From the NCBI GenBank assembly GCA_041580775.1, contig JBFGDF010000003.1, positions 2,806 through 66,805 of the forward strand: 64,000 nt of DNA, read 5' to 3'. A program made the position numbers and the translations under genes. Below the pieces are notes generated by a model. That model was not told the DNA's origin and searched no databases. It worked only from the letters and a program-made list of their open reading frames with translations. Positions 1 through 9,099 of this stretch are shown piece by piece; the stretch's first letter is position 1; each line of letters starts with the position of its first letter. Origin of the DNA: Gemmatimonadales bacterium. Its GTDB lineage: Bacteria; Gemmatimonadota; Gemmatimonadetes; Gemmatimonadales; GWC2-71-9.

Positions 1-773
1 CTGTCCTGGTTCTGCACCGTCCCCAGCATGGCCGGGTAGTCGAGATTGAACACCTCGGGGATCCGTCGGCGGTGTCCGCCGAACACCCAGCGCTGTGCCG
101 CCGTGGGCGACTCGATCACGTCCGCGGGATCACCGAGATACTCCCGCACGAGCTCGGGCTCCGGCATGACCATGGACTCGATCACGTGGCTCGTGAGGAA
201 CCCATCCTGCGCCACGATCCCCGGATTGAGCGACAGCTCGGCGATGCGGTGCGCGATGAGGTTCAGGTCGGCCGCTTCCTGCACGTTCTTGGCGAAGACC
301 TGGAAGAACCCCGTGTCGTCCACGGCGTGGTAGTCGTCGTGACCGGCGTGCACGTTGAGCGCGTGCTTGGTGATGGCCCGGGCCGCGATGTTCAGGACGT
401 AGGTGAGTCGCTTGCCGACGGCGGCGTAGAGCGACTCGTGCATGTACACGATGCCCTGGCCGCTGGAGAAGTTGGTGGCGCGGAGGCCGGTCATGCTCAT
501 GCCGGCCGTGACCGCGGCGGCGGCGTGCTCGCCCTCCGGCTCGAAGAACAGGAGCGACCGCCCGTTCACGTTGAGCTTCCCGGCCGCCACCGCCAGGGCC
601 CAGCCCTCGCCCATCTGCGTGGACGGGGTGATCGGGTACGCGCCGGCGCCTTCGCTCCCCGCGGTTTCCATCTCGACGATGGCACCGCTGCCGTCCGTGG
701 CCGTGCGCAGGCCGGGGTACTTGGGCTTCGCCTGCGCTGACACCCTGGGCTTCGCGTTCCTGGTCTTGATCAT
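1..773 (-). CDS. Pyruvate/2-oxoacid:ferredoxin oxidoreductase family protein, N-terminal part (partial; continues past the window start)
   Basis: It is absent from the ORF track because it runs off the window edge. My minus-strand translation from ATG 773..771 gives MIKTRNAKPRVSAQAKPKYPGLRTATDGSGAIVEMETAGSEGAGAYPITPSTQMGEGWA...SGQGIVYMHESLYAAVGKRL..., a PFOR/OFOR domain-I pattern. GC3 is high throughout. The start overlaps the upstream stop as ATGA (770-773). Confidence 0.75.
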   Translation of the reverse strand, partial: MIKTRNAKPRVSAQAKPKYPGLRTATDGSGAIVEMETAGSEGAGAYPITPSTQMGEGWALAVAAGKLNVNGRSLLFFEPEGEHAAAAVTAGMSMTGLRATNFSSGQGIVYMHESLYAAVGKRLTYVLNIAARAITKHALNVHAGHDDYHAVDDTGFFQVFAKNVQEAADLNLIAHRIAELSLNPGIVAQDGFLTSHVIESMVMPEPELVREYLGDPADVIESPTAAQRWVFGGHRRRIPEVFNLDYPAMLGTVQNQD

Positions 774-1633
774 CGTCCGGCTCCCTCTAGCACTGTCTCC
801 AGACGCTCGGGACCGAGCTGCTGAGCGCCGTCCACCCAGACGATGGCGCCCGTCGGGCACCGGGTGATGGCGTCCGGCGAGGCCGTCGCGTTCTTGTCGT
901 AGTCGATCACGGCCAGCCCGTTCACGATCTCGATGAGTCCCGGGGCGCCGTCGGCTGCGCAGCGGCCGCACGCGTTGCAGGCCACGGCGCAGGCCGTCGT
1001 GGCCTCGTCGCCCTCGAGCAGGTTCTTGCACTGCACGAGCAGCTTCTGCTCGAGCGGCATCAGGACGAACAGATCCTTGGGGCAGGCCTCGACGCAGTCA
1101 CCACACGCGGTGCACTTGTCGGGGATCACCACCGGCAGGTCCACCTCGTTCATGTAGATCGCGTCGAACGTGCACACCACCTTGCAGTCGGCGAGCCCGA
1201 GGCATCCCCAGGCGCAGGCCTTGCCGCCGCCCGCCACGGCGGCGGCGGCCCGACACGTCTGGAGTCCCAGATACTCGGCGTTGTTGGGGGCCACGTCGCA
1301 GCCGCCCGCGCACAGCAGCCGGGCCACGCGGGTCGCCGCCGCGCCGACGTCCACCCCCAGGAAGTCCGCGATGTCCGCGCGCATATCCGGCGACGCCACC
1401 GTGCAGTTGGCCGGCTGGATGGCTCCTTCCACGAGCCGCTCGGCGAACGCCCGGCAGCCCGCCAGCCCGCAGGCGCCGCAGTTGTTTCCCGGGAGCCGGT
1501 TGGCCACCGCCTCGATTCGGGGATCCTCCCACACGTAGAGCTTCTTCCGCGCCAGCGCGATCATCGTGGCGAAGAACGTCCCGACGCCGCCCAGAATGGC
1601 GGCGGAGACGACGAAGCTCGACGCGCTCAGCAT
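770..1633 (-). CDS. Membrane-anchored RnfB-like Fe-S protein (polyferredoxin)
   Basis: This is the internal ATG (M103) of ORF 770..1939. It has an N-terminal TM helix (SSFVVSAAILGGVGTFFATMIALA), an RnfB-type CGACGLAGC motif, and ferredoxin-type motifs CTACGDCVEACP and CNACGRC. The start lies 1 nt after the upstream stop. Confidence 0.8.
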   Translation of the reverse strand: MLSASSFVVSAAILGGVGTFFATMIALARKKLYVWEDPRIEAVANRLPGNNCGACGLAGCRAFAERLVEGAIQPANCTVASPDMRADIADFLGVDVGAAATRVARLLCAGGCDVAPNNAEYLGLQTCRAAAAVAGGGKACAWGCLGLADCKVVCTFDAIYMNEVDLPVVIPDKCTACGDCVEACPKDLFVLMPLEQKLLVQCKNLLEGDEATTACAVACNACGRCAADGAPGLIEIVNGLAVIDYDKNATASPDAITRCPTGAIVWVDGAQQLGPERLETVLEGAGR

Positions 1634-1634
1634 C

Positions 1635-2636
1635 TCACGCTCCCGAGAGATCCGCCTGCTGCAGCAGCCACGCCGCCAGCTTGTCGACCGGGTCGCCAGG
1701 GGCGACCGCCGCCGCCACGACCGGCACGGCCTCACCAGCCGCAGCCGCGCTCTGGAGCGCCTTGAGCTGCTCGAGCTCCTCCTCCTGCTGCGTCGCCGAA
1801 AAGGGACCGGCGCGCCGACGCCGATCGAGCGAGGGCACCTCGGTGACCGCGAGGCGCGCGCCGATCCCGCCGCCAAGGGCGGGGTCGTGGACGAAGCGCG
1901 CAGTACCGCCCGGGAAGACCCCGACGATGCCGGGCCCATGCCACGCCGCCAGACGGCTGACGACGGCCCCGTCCGTCGTCTGCGCCACGAAGGTCCGCGG
2001 CGTGATGAGCCGCACGAGTGGCGCCGGCGAGGTCTCGCCGTGGACCAGGAGGACGATCTTGGCGCCCCCGTCCAGGAATTCGGCGAGGCCGGCAGGCCGC
2101 AAGTCGCTGCCCTCGAGCTCGATCACCACCGGCGGCGCCAGTCGCCGCTCGGCCTGACTCCACAGTCCGAACGGGAAGGCGTCGAGCCAACGATCGTGTT
2201 CGGCGGGCCGGTACCGGCCACTGCGGGCCAGATCGGCGACGCGCCCCGCCCCCATGGCCCGCCCCAGCTCGGCAAACAGGCGGCTGGCGGCCTCGTAGAG
2301 GTTCTCGCCCGGGACCAGGGTCAGCAAACAGGCGTCGTCGCCGCGCACGGCCAGCGACTCGAGGACCGTGAGCGCCCGCTGAATGACCGCGTGCGCGGCC
2401 GGTTCGGGGGCCGCTTCGAGCGTGAGGACCCTCGCCAGTCGATCGACATCGATGTGCTGCACTCCCACAGGGCCGAGGCTGGCGGCGAGCTGCGCGTGCC
2501 GGTCCTCGGTGGCCTCGCGGTGCGTTTCCAGATACACGCGGACTTCGTCCAGCGTCGCCGCGAGGGCGGACCGGTAGGCGTCCCGCGGTGTCGCCAGGGC
2601 CGCCAGGATGGCGGCGGTGCGTTCGTCAGACGGCAT
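1635..2636 (-). CDS. Hypothetical protein (333 aa) embedded in the oxidoreductase operon
   Basis: ORF 1635..2636 has high GC3 and an ATG start. It overlaps the korB1 stop by 11 nt and ends 1 nt before the RnfB-like start. I recognise no family motif. Confidence 0.65.
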   Translation of the reverse strand: MPSDERTAAILAALATPRDAYRSALAATLDEVRVYLETHREATEDRHAQLAASLGPVGVQHIDVDRLARVLTLEAAPEPAAHAVIQRALTVLESLAVRGDDACLLTLVPGENLYEAASRLFAELGRAMGAGRVADLARSGRYRPAEHDRWLDAFPFGLWSQAERRLAPPVVIELEGSDLRPAGLAEFLDGGAKIVLLVHGETSPAPLVRLITPRTFVAQTTDGAVVSRLAAWHGPGIVGVFPGGTARFVHDPALGGGIGARLAVTEVPSLDRRRRAGPFSATQQEEELEQLKALQSAAAAGEAVPVVAAAVAPGDPVDKLAAWLLQQADLSGA

Positions 2637-3582
2637 ACTTCTCGAACTCCTCGTTCAGACGATCGATGCGCTCCTGCGCGGTGCGCACGCGCTGGCGACG
2701 CAGATCCTCGTACCGCTGGCGTGACTCGTCGCGGAAGAAGATCCCGAGGCGAATGCGGTCGGTGGGTTCCGACAGATGGCGTGCCATGTCGATGTCCTTC
2801 GGGTCGTGCACGCGCCGGTTCTTGAAGATCTTCTCCAGCTCGGGTGCGTCGACGCCGTCCGGGTGCACCAACAGCTCCACCAGGTTGGGGTTGCGCACGG
2901 CCTCCTGAAACAGGTCGTCCGTGTACTGCGGGCAGCGCTGGAGGATCCGCACGAAGGAGAACCCGCGGTGCCGGAACGCCGCGGCGACGGTCGCGTAGAC
3001 GTGCGCCGGCATCCAGTCGGCCGTCTGCGCCACGAACGACGCATTGGAGACGCCGAGGGTGGCGGACAGCGGATTCAGGGGGACCAGGTGGCTACCCTTG
3101 GGCTGCGTGTTGCTGGCATACCCTTGAGGCGTCGTGGGCGACGTCTGGTTCTTGGTGAGCCCGTAGATGCCGTTGTCGAGCATCAACGCCACCATGTCCA
3201 CGTTGTAGCGCACGGCGTGAATCCAGTGCCCGGCGCCGATGGAGCAGCAGTCGCCGTCTCCCATCACTGCGAACACGTGCAAGTCCGGCCGGCGCAGCTT
3301 CACGCCTGTCGCGATGGGCAGCGCGCGGCCGTGGATGCCGTGGAACCCGTAGGTCGTCAGGTAGTGCGGGAACCGGCTCGAGCACCCGATGCCCGAAACG
3401 AACACGGTGCGCTCAGGCGGCAGCTGTTGGGCCTCGAGCAGGCGTTCGACCGCGGCGAGGATCGCGTGATCGCCGCACCCCGGGCACCACCGGGGGACCG
3501 CCCCCCCGTAGTCTTCCATCGTCCAACTGCGGTCGTCGTCATCATAGCCGCAGCTCACGAACGAACACGAGGTATCGATCAC
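2626..3582 (-). CDS. korB: 2-oxoacid:ferredoxin oxidoreductase beta subunit (TPP-binding), copy 1
   Basis: Motifs present are WCPGCGDHAIL, SGIGCSSRF, MGDGDCCSIG (TPP GDG) and IYGLTKNQ. The longest start is a GTG overlapping the korA1 stop (GTGA, 3579-3582); an internal M22 start is also possible. Confidence 0.9.
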   Translation of the reverse strand: MIDTSCSFVSCGYDDDDRSWTMEDYGGAVPRWCPGCGDHAILAAVERLLEAQQLPPERTVFVSGIGCSSRFPHYLTTYGFHGIHGRALPIATGVKLRRPDLHVFAVMGDGDCCSIGAGHWIHAVRYNVDMVALMLDNGIYGLTKNQTSPTTPQGYASNTQPKGSHLVPLNPLSATLGVSNASFVAQTADWMPAHVYATVAAAFRHRGFSFVRILQRCPQYTDDLFQEAVRNPNLVELLVHPDGVDAPELEKIFKNRRVHDPKDIDMARHLSEPTDRIRLGIFFRDESRQRYEDLRRQRVRTAQERIDRLNEEFEKYAV

Positions 3583-5489
3583 GCGTGCCCCCCGGGCATC
3601 ATGCTCTCGATGCCCTCCAGAATGCCCTTCGGACGCAGCGGCTGCCCCGGCACGCGGGTCCAGCAGTCGACGTCCACCAGTGTGTGGGCCCGAAGCAGCC
3701 AGGCCAGCTGCCCGAGCCGCCGGTTCTCCACCGTGATGTACGGATCGCCCAGCCGATCGGAGTAGTTGATCTCGACGGTGGCCACCTTGCGGAAGCGGGC
3801 GAAGATGTCCTTGAGCCCTGGCTCGAACGGTGACAGCACCCGCAGGTGCAGCGCCGAGACCCGAAGGCCCTTGGCCCGGGCGGCATCCACCGCCTCGTGG
3901 ATCGCGCCCAGGGTGGATCCCCAGCCGACGACGAGCAGATCTCCCTCGTCGTCGCCATAGACGACCGGCGGCTTGAGCGTGCTCTGCAACACGGCGAGCT
4001 TGCGGCTCCGCATGGCGCAGCCGCGCTCATGCACGTCCGGGCTGTACGCCACCTTGGAGTCCTCGTCGTGGGACAGGCCGGTGAGCGTGTGCATGCCGCC
4101 GGGCTGGCCGGGAATGAGCCGCCGGGAGAGACCGGACTCCGGATCCCAGTCGTAGGGCTTCACGCCCTCGGGCACCGGACGCAGGTCCAGCGGAGCCGCC
4201 TGCCAGCGTGGATCGAGTTGCGGGCGCGGGAAGGGCTGGACGCCGGTCGCCAAGTTGGCATCGGTGAGGACCATCACGACGCAGCGCAACAGTTCGGCGA
4301 TCCGGCGGGCCGTGATCACCATATGAAAGCACTCTTCGATCGTGGCAGGCGCCAGGATCACCTTCGGCGCGTCGCCCGGCTGGCCGTAGAGCGCGGCGAG
4401 CAGGTCCGACTGCTCGACCTTCGTGGGGAGGCCCGTGCTCGGGCCGCCGCGCTGCACGTCGAGGACGACCAGGGGGACCTCCGACATCGTCGCGAGCCCG
4501 ATGAACTCGGTCTTGAGCGCCAGACCCGGACCGGAGGTTACCGTGAAGGCCACCTTGCCGGCGTACGACGCGCCAATCGCCACCCCGGCCGCCGCGATCT
4601 CGTCTTCGGCCTGGTGGACGATCCCCCCGAAGTCCTCGAAGATGTCCCCGAGATAGTGGGACACCGACGTGGCCGGGGTGATGGGGTACATGGCACACAG
4701 GTCCATGCCGGCGGCCACGGCCCCCATCGCCAGGGCCTGGTTGCCGTTCATCACGATCATCGGCGTCGTGGGCTTCTCGATCGGGACCTCGATCCGGAAG
4801 TCGAGGTGCTGCTCCGCCCACTGGTAGCCGAGTTCCATCAGCTGGATGTTCGAGCGCGCGACCGCCTCCGCCTTCTTGCGGAAGGACTGCTGGATGGCCT
4901 CGCGCACCAACTCGACGTCGCGGTCATAGATCCACGCGAGCAGGCCGAGCACGAACATGTTCTTGCCGCGGCGCGGGTTGTCGGTCACGGTGAGGCACTG
5001 CTCCTCCATCGGCACGCCGACGATCCGGTAGCGCCGCGTCGCGAGGACCTCCATGGCCGCCGCCCACTCACGCCGGATGTCCTCGTCTTCGTGGGTCGCC
5101 CACATGTTCTCGACCAGGACGATGGCGTCGTCGTGCAGCGCCTCGAGCTCGTGACGCGCCACGAGCGCCTGTTCGTTGAACGCGACGACGAGGTTGGAGG
5201 CATCACCCCAGTTGGTGACCGGCTTGGTGCCGATACGGATGCGATTGCCGGACGCGCCCGCACCCGAGCGGGCCGGCGGCTGGATCTCGGCCGGGATGAT
5301 CTCCACGGTCCACGCGCCGTTGCCCATCTTGGCGGAGACCTGGCCGAAGATCTGCCCGCACTTCTGGGCGCCCTCGCCGGAATCGGAAACGATTTCGACG
5401 GTGTGTTCAGGAACCCGGATGACGACGGGGCCGGCGGCGTTCGTGGCGGCCTTGGCCTTCTTCGTCACCGCAGGTGGAGAGCTGGACAT
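3579..5489 (-). CDS. korA: 2-oxoacid:ferredoxin oxidoreductase alpha subunit (fused gamma/alpha), copy 1
   Basis: Within ORF 3579..5609, the start was chosen at ATG 5489 (MSSSPPAVTKK...). Motifs present are MYPITPATS, HQAEDEIAAAG and QRGGPSTGLPTKVEQSDL. Confidence 0.9.
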   Translation of the reverse strand: MSSSPPAVTKKAKAATNAAGPVVIRVPEHTVEIVSDSGEGAQKCGQIFGQVSAKMGNGAWTVEIIPAEIQPPARSGAGASGNRIRIGTKPVTNWGDASNLVVAFNEQALVARHELEALHDDAIVLVENMWATHEDEDIRREWAAAMEVLATRRYRIVGVPMEEQCLTVTDNPRRGKNMFVLGLLAWIYDRDVELVREAIQQSFRKKAEAVARSNIQLMELGYQWAEQHLDFRIEVPIEKPTTPMIVMNGNQALAMGAVAAGMDLCAMYPITPATSVSHYLGDIFEDFGGIVHQAEDEIAAAGVAIGASYAGKVAFTVTSGPGLALKTEFIGLATMSEVPLVVLDVQRGGPSTGLPTKVEQSDLLAALYGQPGDAPKVILAPATIEECFHMVITARRIAELLRCVVMVLTDANLATGVQPFPRPQLDPRWQAAPLDLRPVPEGVKPYDWDPESGLSRRLIPGQPGGMHTLTGLSHDEDSKVAYSPDVHERGCAMRSRKLAVLQSTLKPPVVYGDDEGDLLVVGWGSTLGAIHEAVDAARAKGLRVSALHLRVLSPFEPGLKDIFARFRKVATVEINYSDRLGDPYITVENRRLGQLAWLLRAHTLVDVDCWTRVPGQPLRPKGILEGIESMMPGGHA

Positions 5490-5789
5490 GTGTGGTCCTG
5501 CGCTGGAGTCCGATGTCACGTCGCGTCGCGCGGGGGTGGCGTCACGCAAATCGCGACCGGGGAGGTCGCCCTCCGCAGCGGCGCACGCTGGCGACCGCCG
5601 GCTCCCCATGCGGCGTGGACGCGACTCGCGGTCGCGGTAAAACTACCGTGAATATGGTAGAGGAAGGCCCCGAAGCGGCGTCCTAGTTTTCTATGAAGAC
5701 ACCTTTAAGACATGAAGACCCGCAAGGCGCTACGGAGCAACGGGATGACGGGAAGACGGGGGACGGGATGGCCGTCACCCCGGATGCCC

Positions 5790-6806
5790 TCACCCCCCGA
5801 TCGCCCACGTCCGGCCCTTCCGCAGCACGACGTTGAGGTCGGCCGTGGCGAGTCCCTCGGTGCGGACCTGCGCCAGCGCTTCGCGCTCATACGTGGGGGC
5901 CGGGGCGCAGTAGATCACGCCGAGCGCCTGGGGGAACTCGGGCGGGTGCATCGCGACCAGCATCTGGGCGAGGGTGTGATCGGTCTCATCGTGCACGAGG
6001 AGCTCCGCGGGCGAGACGCCATCAGCACCGACGGTCACGACCTCGAGCTTGAGGGCCCCCGGCTTGATGCGGATCCCCTTCTCCTTCGCCTTGCCGAACA
6101 CCATCGGCTTGCCGTGCTCGAGGTGCAGTTGCTGATCAGGCGCGAGGCCTTTGTCGGTGAAGCTCGCAAACGCGCCGTCATTGAACACGACGCAGTTCTG
6201 AAACACCTCGACGAACGACGTACCGCGATGCTGGTGTGCCCGCTTGAGCGTCTCGACCAGGTGCGGCAGGAGCGTATCCACCGAGCGGGCCACGAATCGC
6301 GCGCCCACACCGAGCGCGAACGCCCCTGGCGCGATGGGGTTGTCCACGGAGCCCATGGGGGTGGAGGGCGACCGGAAGCCACGGCGTGACGTGGGCGAGT
6401 ACTGACCCTTGGTGAGCCCGTAGACCTCGTTGTTGAACAGGATCACCTGGAGATCCACGTTGCGCCGCAGGACGTGGAGCATGTGGTTGCCCCCGATCGA
6501 AAGCCCGTCCCCGTCGCCCGTGATGACCCAGACGTCGAGGTCGGGATTCGCCAGCTTGACGCCGGTGGCGATGGCCGGCGCGCGCCCGTGAATGGTGTGG
6601 AAGCCATAGCTCGCGACGTAGTACGGAAAGCGGGCGGCGCAGCCGATCCCCGACACGAAGACCGTGTTCTCGCGCCGGGCGCCGAGGTCGGCGAGCGCCT
6701 TCTGGACCGCCTTGAGAATCGCGTAATCGCCGCAGCCCGGACACCAGCGGACTTCCTGGTCGGACGCGTAGTCCTTCGGGCTCGACTGCGGGAGGGTCGC
6801 CGTCAT
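5790..6806 (-). CDS. korB: 2-oxoglutarate/2-oxoacid:ferredoxin oxidoreductase beta subunit, copy 2
   Basis: Motifs present are WCPGCGDYAIL, SGIGCAARF, TGDGDGLSIG and VYGLTKGQ. The start was chosen at ATG 6806 (MTATLPQ...), 4 nt after the korA2 stop. Confidence 0.9.
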   Translation of the reverse strand: MTATLPQSSPKDYASDQEVRWCPGCGDYAILKAVQKALADLGARRENTVFVSGIGCAARFPYYVASYGFHTIHGRAPAIATGVKLANPDLDVWVITGDGDGLSIGGNHMLHVLRRNVDLQVILFNNEVYGLTKGQYSPTSRRGFRSPSTPMGSVDNPIAPGAFALGVGARFVARSVDTLLPHLVETLKRAHQHRGTSFVEVFQNCVVFNDGAFASFTDKGLAPDQQLHLEHGKPMVFGKAKEKGIRIKPGALKLEVVTVGADGVSPAELLVHDETDHTLAQMLVAMHPPEFPQALGVIYCAPAPTYEREALAQVRTEGLATADLNVVLRKGRTWAIGG

Positions 6807-6810
6807 CGTC

Positions 6811-8673
6811 TCACGCCTCCAGGCGGTCACGGACCGCCCGCTCGATGTCACTCACCTTGAACGGCTTGCCGGTCACCTGGTTGATCCCCTCGGCGGGAAG
6901 CAGATACTGGGCGCGCAGCAGGTTCACGAGCTGGCCGGTGTTCATCTCGGGCACGAGCACCCGATCGTAGCGCCGCAACAGGTCCCCCAGGTTCTCGGGA
7001 AACGGCCAGACGTACCGCACGTGGATGTGGGCCACGTCCTGGCCCTCCGCCCGAAGCAGGCGGACGGCCTGGTGGATCGGGCCGTAGGTGGAGCCCCACC
7101 CGACGACCGCGACGGCGCCATGGTCCGGCCCCAACGCCACGCTCTGGGGCGGGATGTCGCGCGCGACCGCCGCGACCTTCGCCGCCCGGGCGTTCGTCAT
7201 GGCCTGATGGTTGTCGGGGTCGTAGGAGATGTTGCCCGTCTGCGCGCTGCGTTCCAGCCCGCCAATCCGGTGCTCGAGGCCGGGCGTGCCCGGGACGGCC
7301 CACGGCCGGGCGAGCGTCACGTCATCTCGCGCAAACGGCATGAATCCGTCGGGGTCGCTGTGATACGCAACGGGGAACTCGGGGACGAGGTCCACATTCG
7401 GGATGAGCCAGGGTTCGGCGGCATTTGCTAAGAAGCCGTCCGTCAACACGATAACCGGCGTCATGTACTTGGTGGCAAGCCGGACGGCCTCGATGCCGAC
7501 CTCGAAGGAATCCGACGGAGTAGCGGCAGCAACTACTACAAGCTGCGCATCGGCATTCCGGCCGTAGATCGCCTGGTAGAGATCCGACTGCTCGGTCTTG
7601 GTCGGAAGACCTGTCGAGGGCCCGGCCCGCTGGGCGTTCACGATGATCAGCGGCAGCTCGGTCGCGATCGCGAGCCCGATGGCTTCCCCCTTGAGGGCGA
7701 TGCCCGGACCGGAACTGGACGTCACGCCCAGCGCGCCGGCGTAGCTGGCTCCGATCGCGGCACACACGGCCGCGATTTCGTCTTCGGCCTGAAACGTCAC
7801 CACGCCGTAGTCCTTGAAGCCCGCCATGGTGTGGAGCAGGGGCGAGGCCGGCGTGATGGGATACGACCCGAGCACCAGCCGCGTCAGTCCCGCCTTCTTG
7901 ATCCCCACGAGCAGGCCCCACGCCAGTGCTTCGGTGCCGCTCACGGTCCGATACGTGCCCGATTCGAGTTCGGCGGCGGCCACGGAGTACCCCGAGACGT
8001 GGGACGGCATCTCGGCCGTCTCGCCGAAGGCGTGCCCGGCATTGAGCGCCCGGAGGTTCGCGTCCCGGATGGCCTCTTCCTTGGCGAACTTCTTCTTGAC
8101 CCACTCGACCGTCGCCTTGCGCGAGCGCCCGTACATCCAGAGCATGAGTCCGAGTGCCCACATGTTGCGGCACCGGAGTGCCTCCTTCTGCGAGAGGCCG
8201 AGCCCGTCCACCGCATCCAGGGTGTGCCGGGTCACGTCGAGCTTGAGCACCTGGAACGGCGCCAGCGTGTCGTCTTCGAGCGGATTCGCGGCGTACCCGG
8301 CCTTCTGGATGTTGCGGTCGCTGAACGCGCCGGTATCCACGAGTACCGAGCCGCCCATCCGCAGATCGGACAGGCTGACCTTGAGCGCCGCCGGGTTCAT
8401 CGCCACGAGCACATCGAGCTCGTCGCCGACGGACGTGATGTCCTTGGCGCCGAAGTGGATCTGGAACGCCGACACCCCGTAGGTGGTCCCGGCGGGAGCG
8501 CGGATCTCGGCGGGGTAGTCCGGAAACGTGGCCAGGTCGCTGCCCGCCAGCGCCGTTTCCTGGGTGAACTGTAGCCCCGTGAGCTGCATGCCATCGCCCG
8601 AGTCGCCCGCGAAGCGGATGACGACGCTGTCGCGCACCTCGCGCTCGGGGCGGGTGGCGGGGGGGGAACCCAT
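6811..8673 (-). CDS. korA: 2-oxoglutarate/2-oxoacid:ferredoxin oxidoreductase alpha subunit, copy 2
   Basis: Within ORF 6811..8988, the start was chosen at ATG 8673 (MGSPPATRPE...). Motifs present are FAGDSGDGMQLTG, SYPITPASP, FQAEDEIAAV and QRAGPSTGLPTKTEQSDL. Confidence 0.9.
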   Translation of the reverse strand: MGSPPATRPEREVRDSVVIRFAGDSGDGMQLTGLQFTQETALAGSDLATFPDYPAEIRAPAGTTYGVSAFQIHFGAKDITSVGDELDVLVAMNPAALKVSLSDLRMGGSVLVDTGAFSDRNIQKAGYAANPLEDDTLAPFQVLKLDVTRHTLDAVDGLGLSQKEALRCRNMWALGLMLWMYGRSRKATVEWVKKKFAKEEAIRDANLRALNAGHAFGETAEMPSHVSGYSVAAAELESGTYRTVSGTEALAWGLLVGIKKAGLTRLVLGSYPITPASPLLHTMAGFKDYGVVTFQAEDEIAAVCAAIGASYAGALGVTSSSGPGIALKGEAIGLAIATELPLIIVNAQRAGPSTGLPTKTEQSDLYQAIYGRNADAQLVVVAAATPSDSFEVGIEAVRLATKYMTPVIVLTDGFLANAAEPWLIPNVDLVPEFPVAYHSDPDGFMPFARDDVTLARPWAVPGTPGLEHRIGGLERSAQTGNISYDPDNHQAMTNARAAKVAAVARDIPPQSVALGPDHGAVAVVGWGSTYGPIHQAVRLLRAEGQDVAHIHVRYVWPFPENLGDLLRRYDRVLVPEMNTGQLVNLLRAQYLLPAEGINQVTGKPFKVSDIERAVRDRLEA

Positions 8674-8774
8674 CTTGGGACGGCCTTTCGTGCTGGGATA
8701 CGAAATATGGGGGAGGCGGGGGCCGATGGAAGGGGACGCGGCCGAGTCGCCCATCGGAGCAGCGCGGCGCCGGC

Positions 8775-9053
8775 TCAGCCCAACGTCCGGTCCTTCCAGG
8801 CCCACCACTTGAGGAGTTCCGGCCGGGGACGCGGGGTGCGGGCGAAGTACACGGCGCACCGGAACGCGTACAGGACACACGGGTCCTGCCGGACCCCCCG
8901 CAGCTGGCTCAGACGTGCGTAGAGGCGTTCGGGATCTCGGCGTCGGAGCGCGCGCACCGAGTGCACGCCGAGGGCGTGGAGATCGCACGCCAAGCTCGGC
9001 CCGATCCCCGGAATCCGTCGCAGCTCATCACCGTCGTCGTTCCTTTCGCGCAC
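8775..9053 (-). CDS. Helix-hairpin-helix protein (Cdd1 / 'pathogenicity locus' family-like)
   Basis: The sequence LRRIPGIGPSLACDLHALGVHSVRAL is an HhH motif. The GTG start is preceded by AGGAGG. Confidence 0.6.
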   Translation of the reverse strand: MRERNDDGDELRRIPGIGPSLACDLHALGVHSVRALRRRDPERLYARLSQLRGVRQDPCVLYAFRCAVYFARTPRPRPELLKWWAWKDRTLG

Positions 9054-9099
9054 CGACCCTCCTAGGTGAGCCCGCTCGGGGTTCAGTGGGGCCGTCGGC

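Noticed and set aside
3846-5651. A 601-aa plus-strand ORF.
   Set aside because: It is antisense to korA1, whose minus-strand frame has unmistakable OFOR motifs.
5661-5688. A possible terminator hairpin for korB2 (AGGAAGGCCCCGAAGCGGCGTCCT).
   Set aside because: The pairing is imperfect, with only short 3-4 bp segments interrupted by mismatches, and no T-tract follows on the minus strand.
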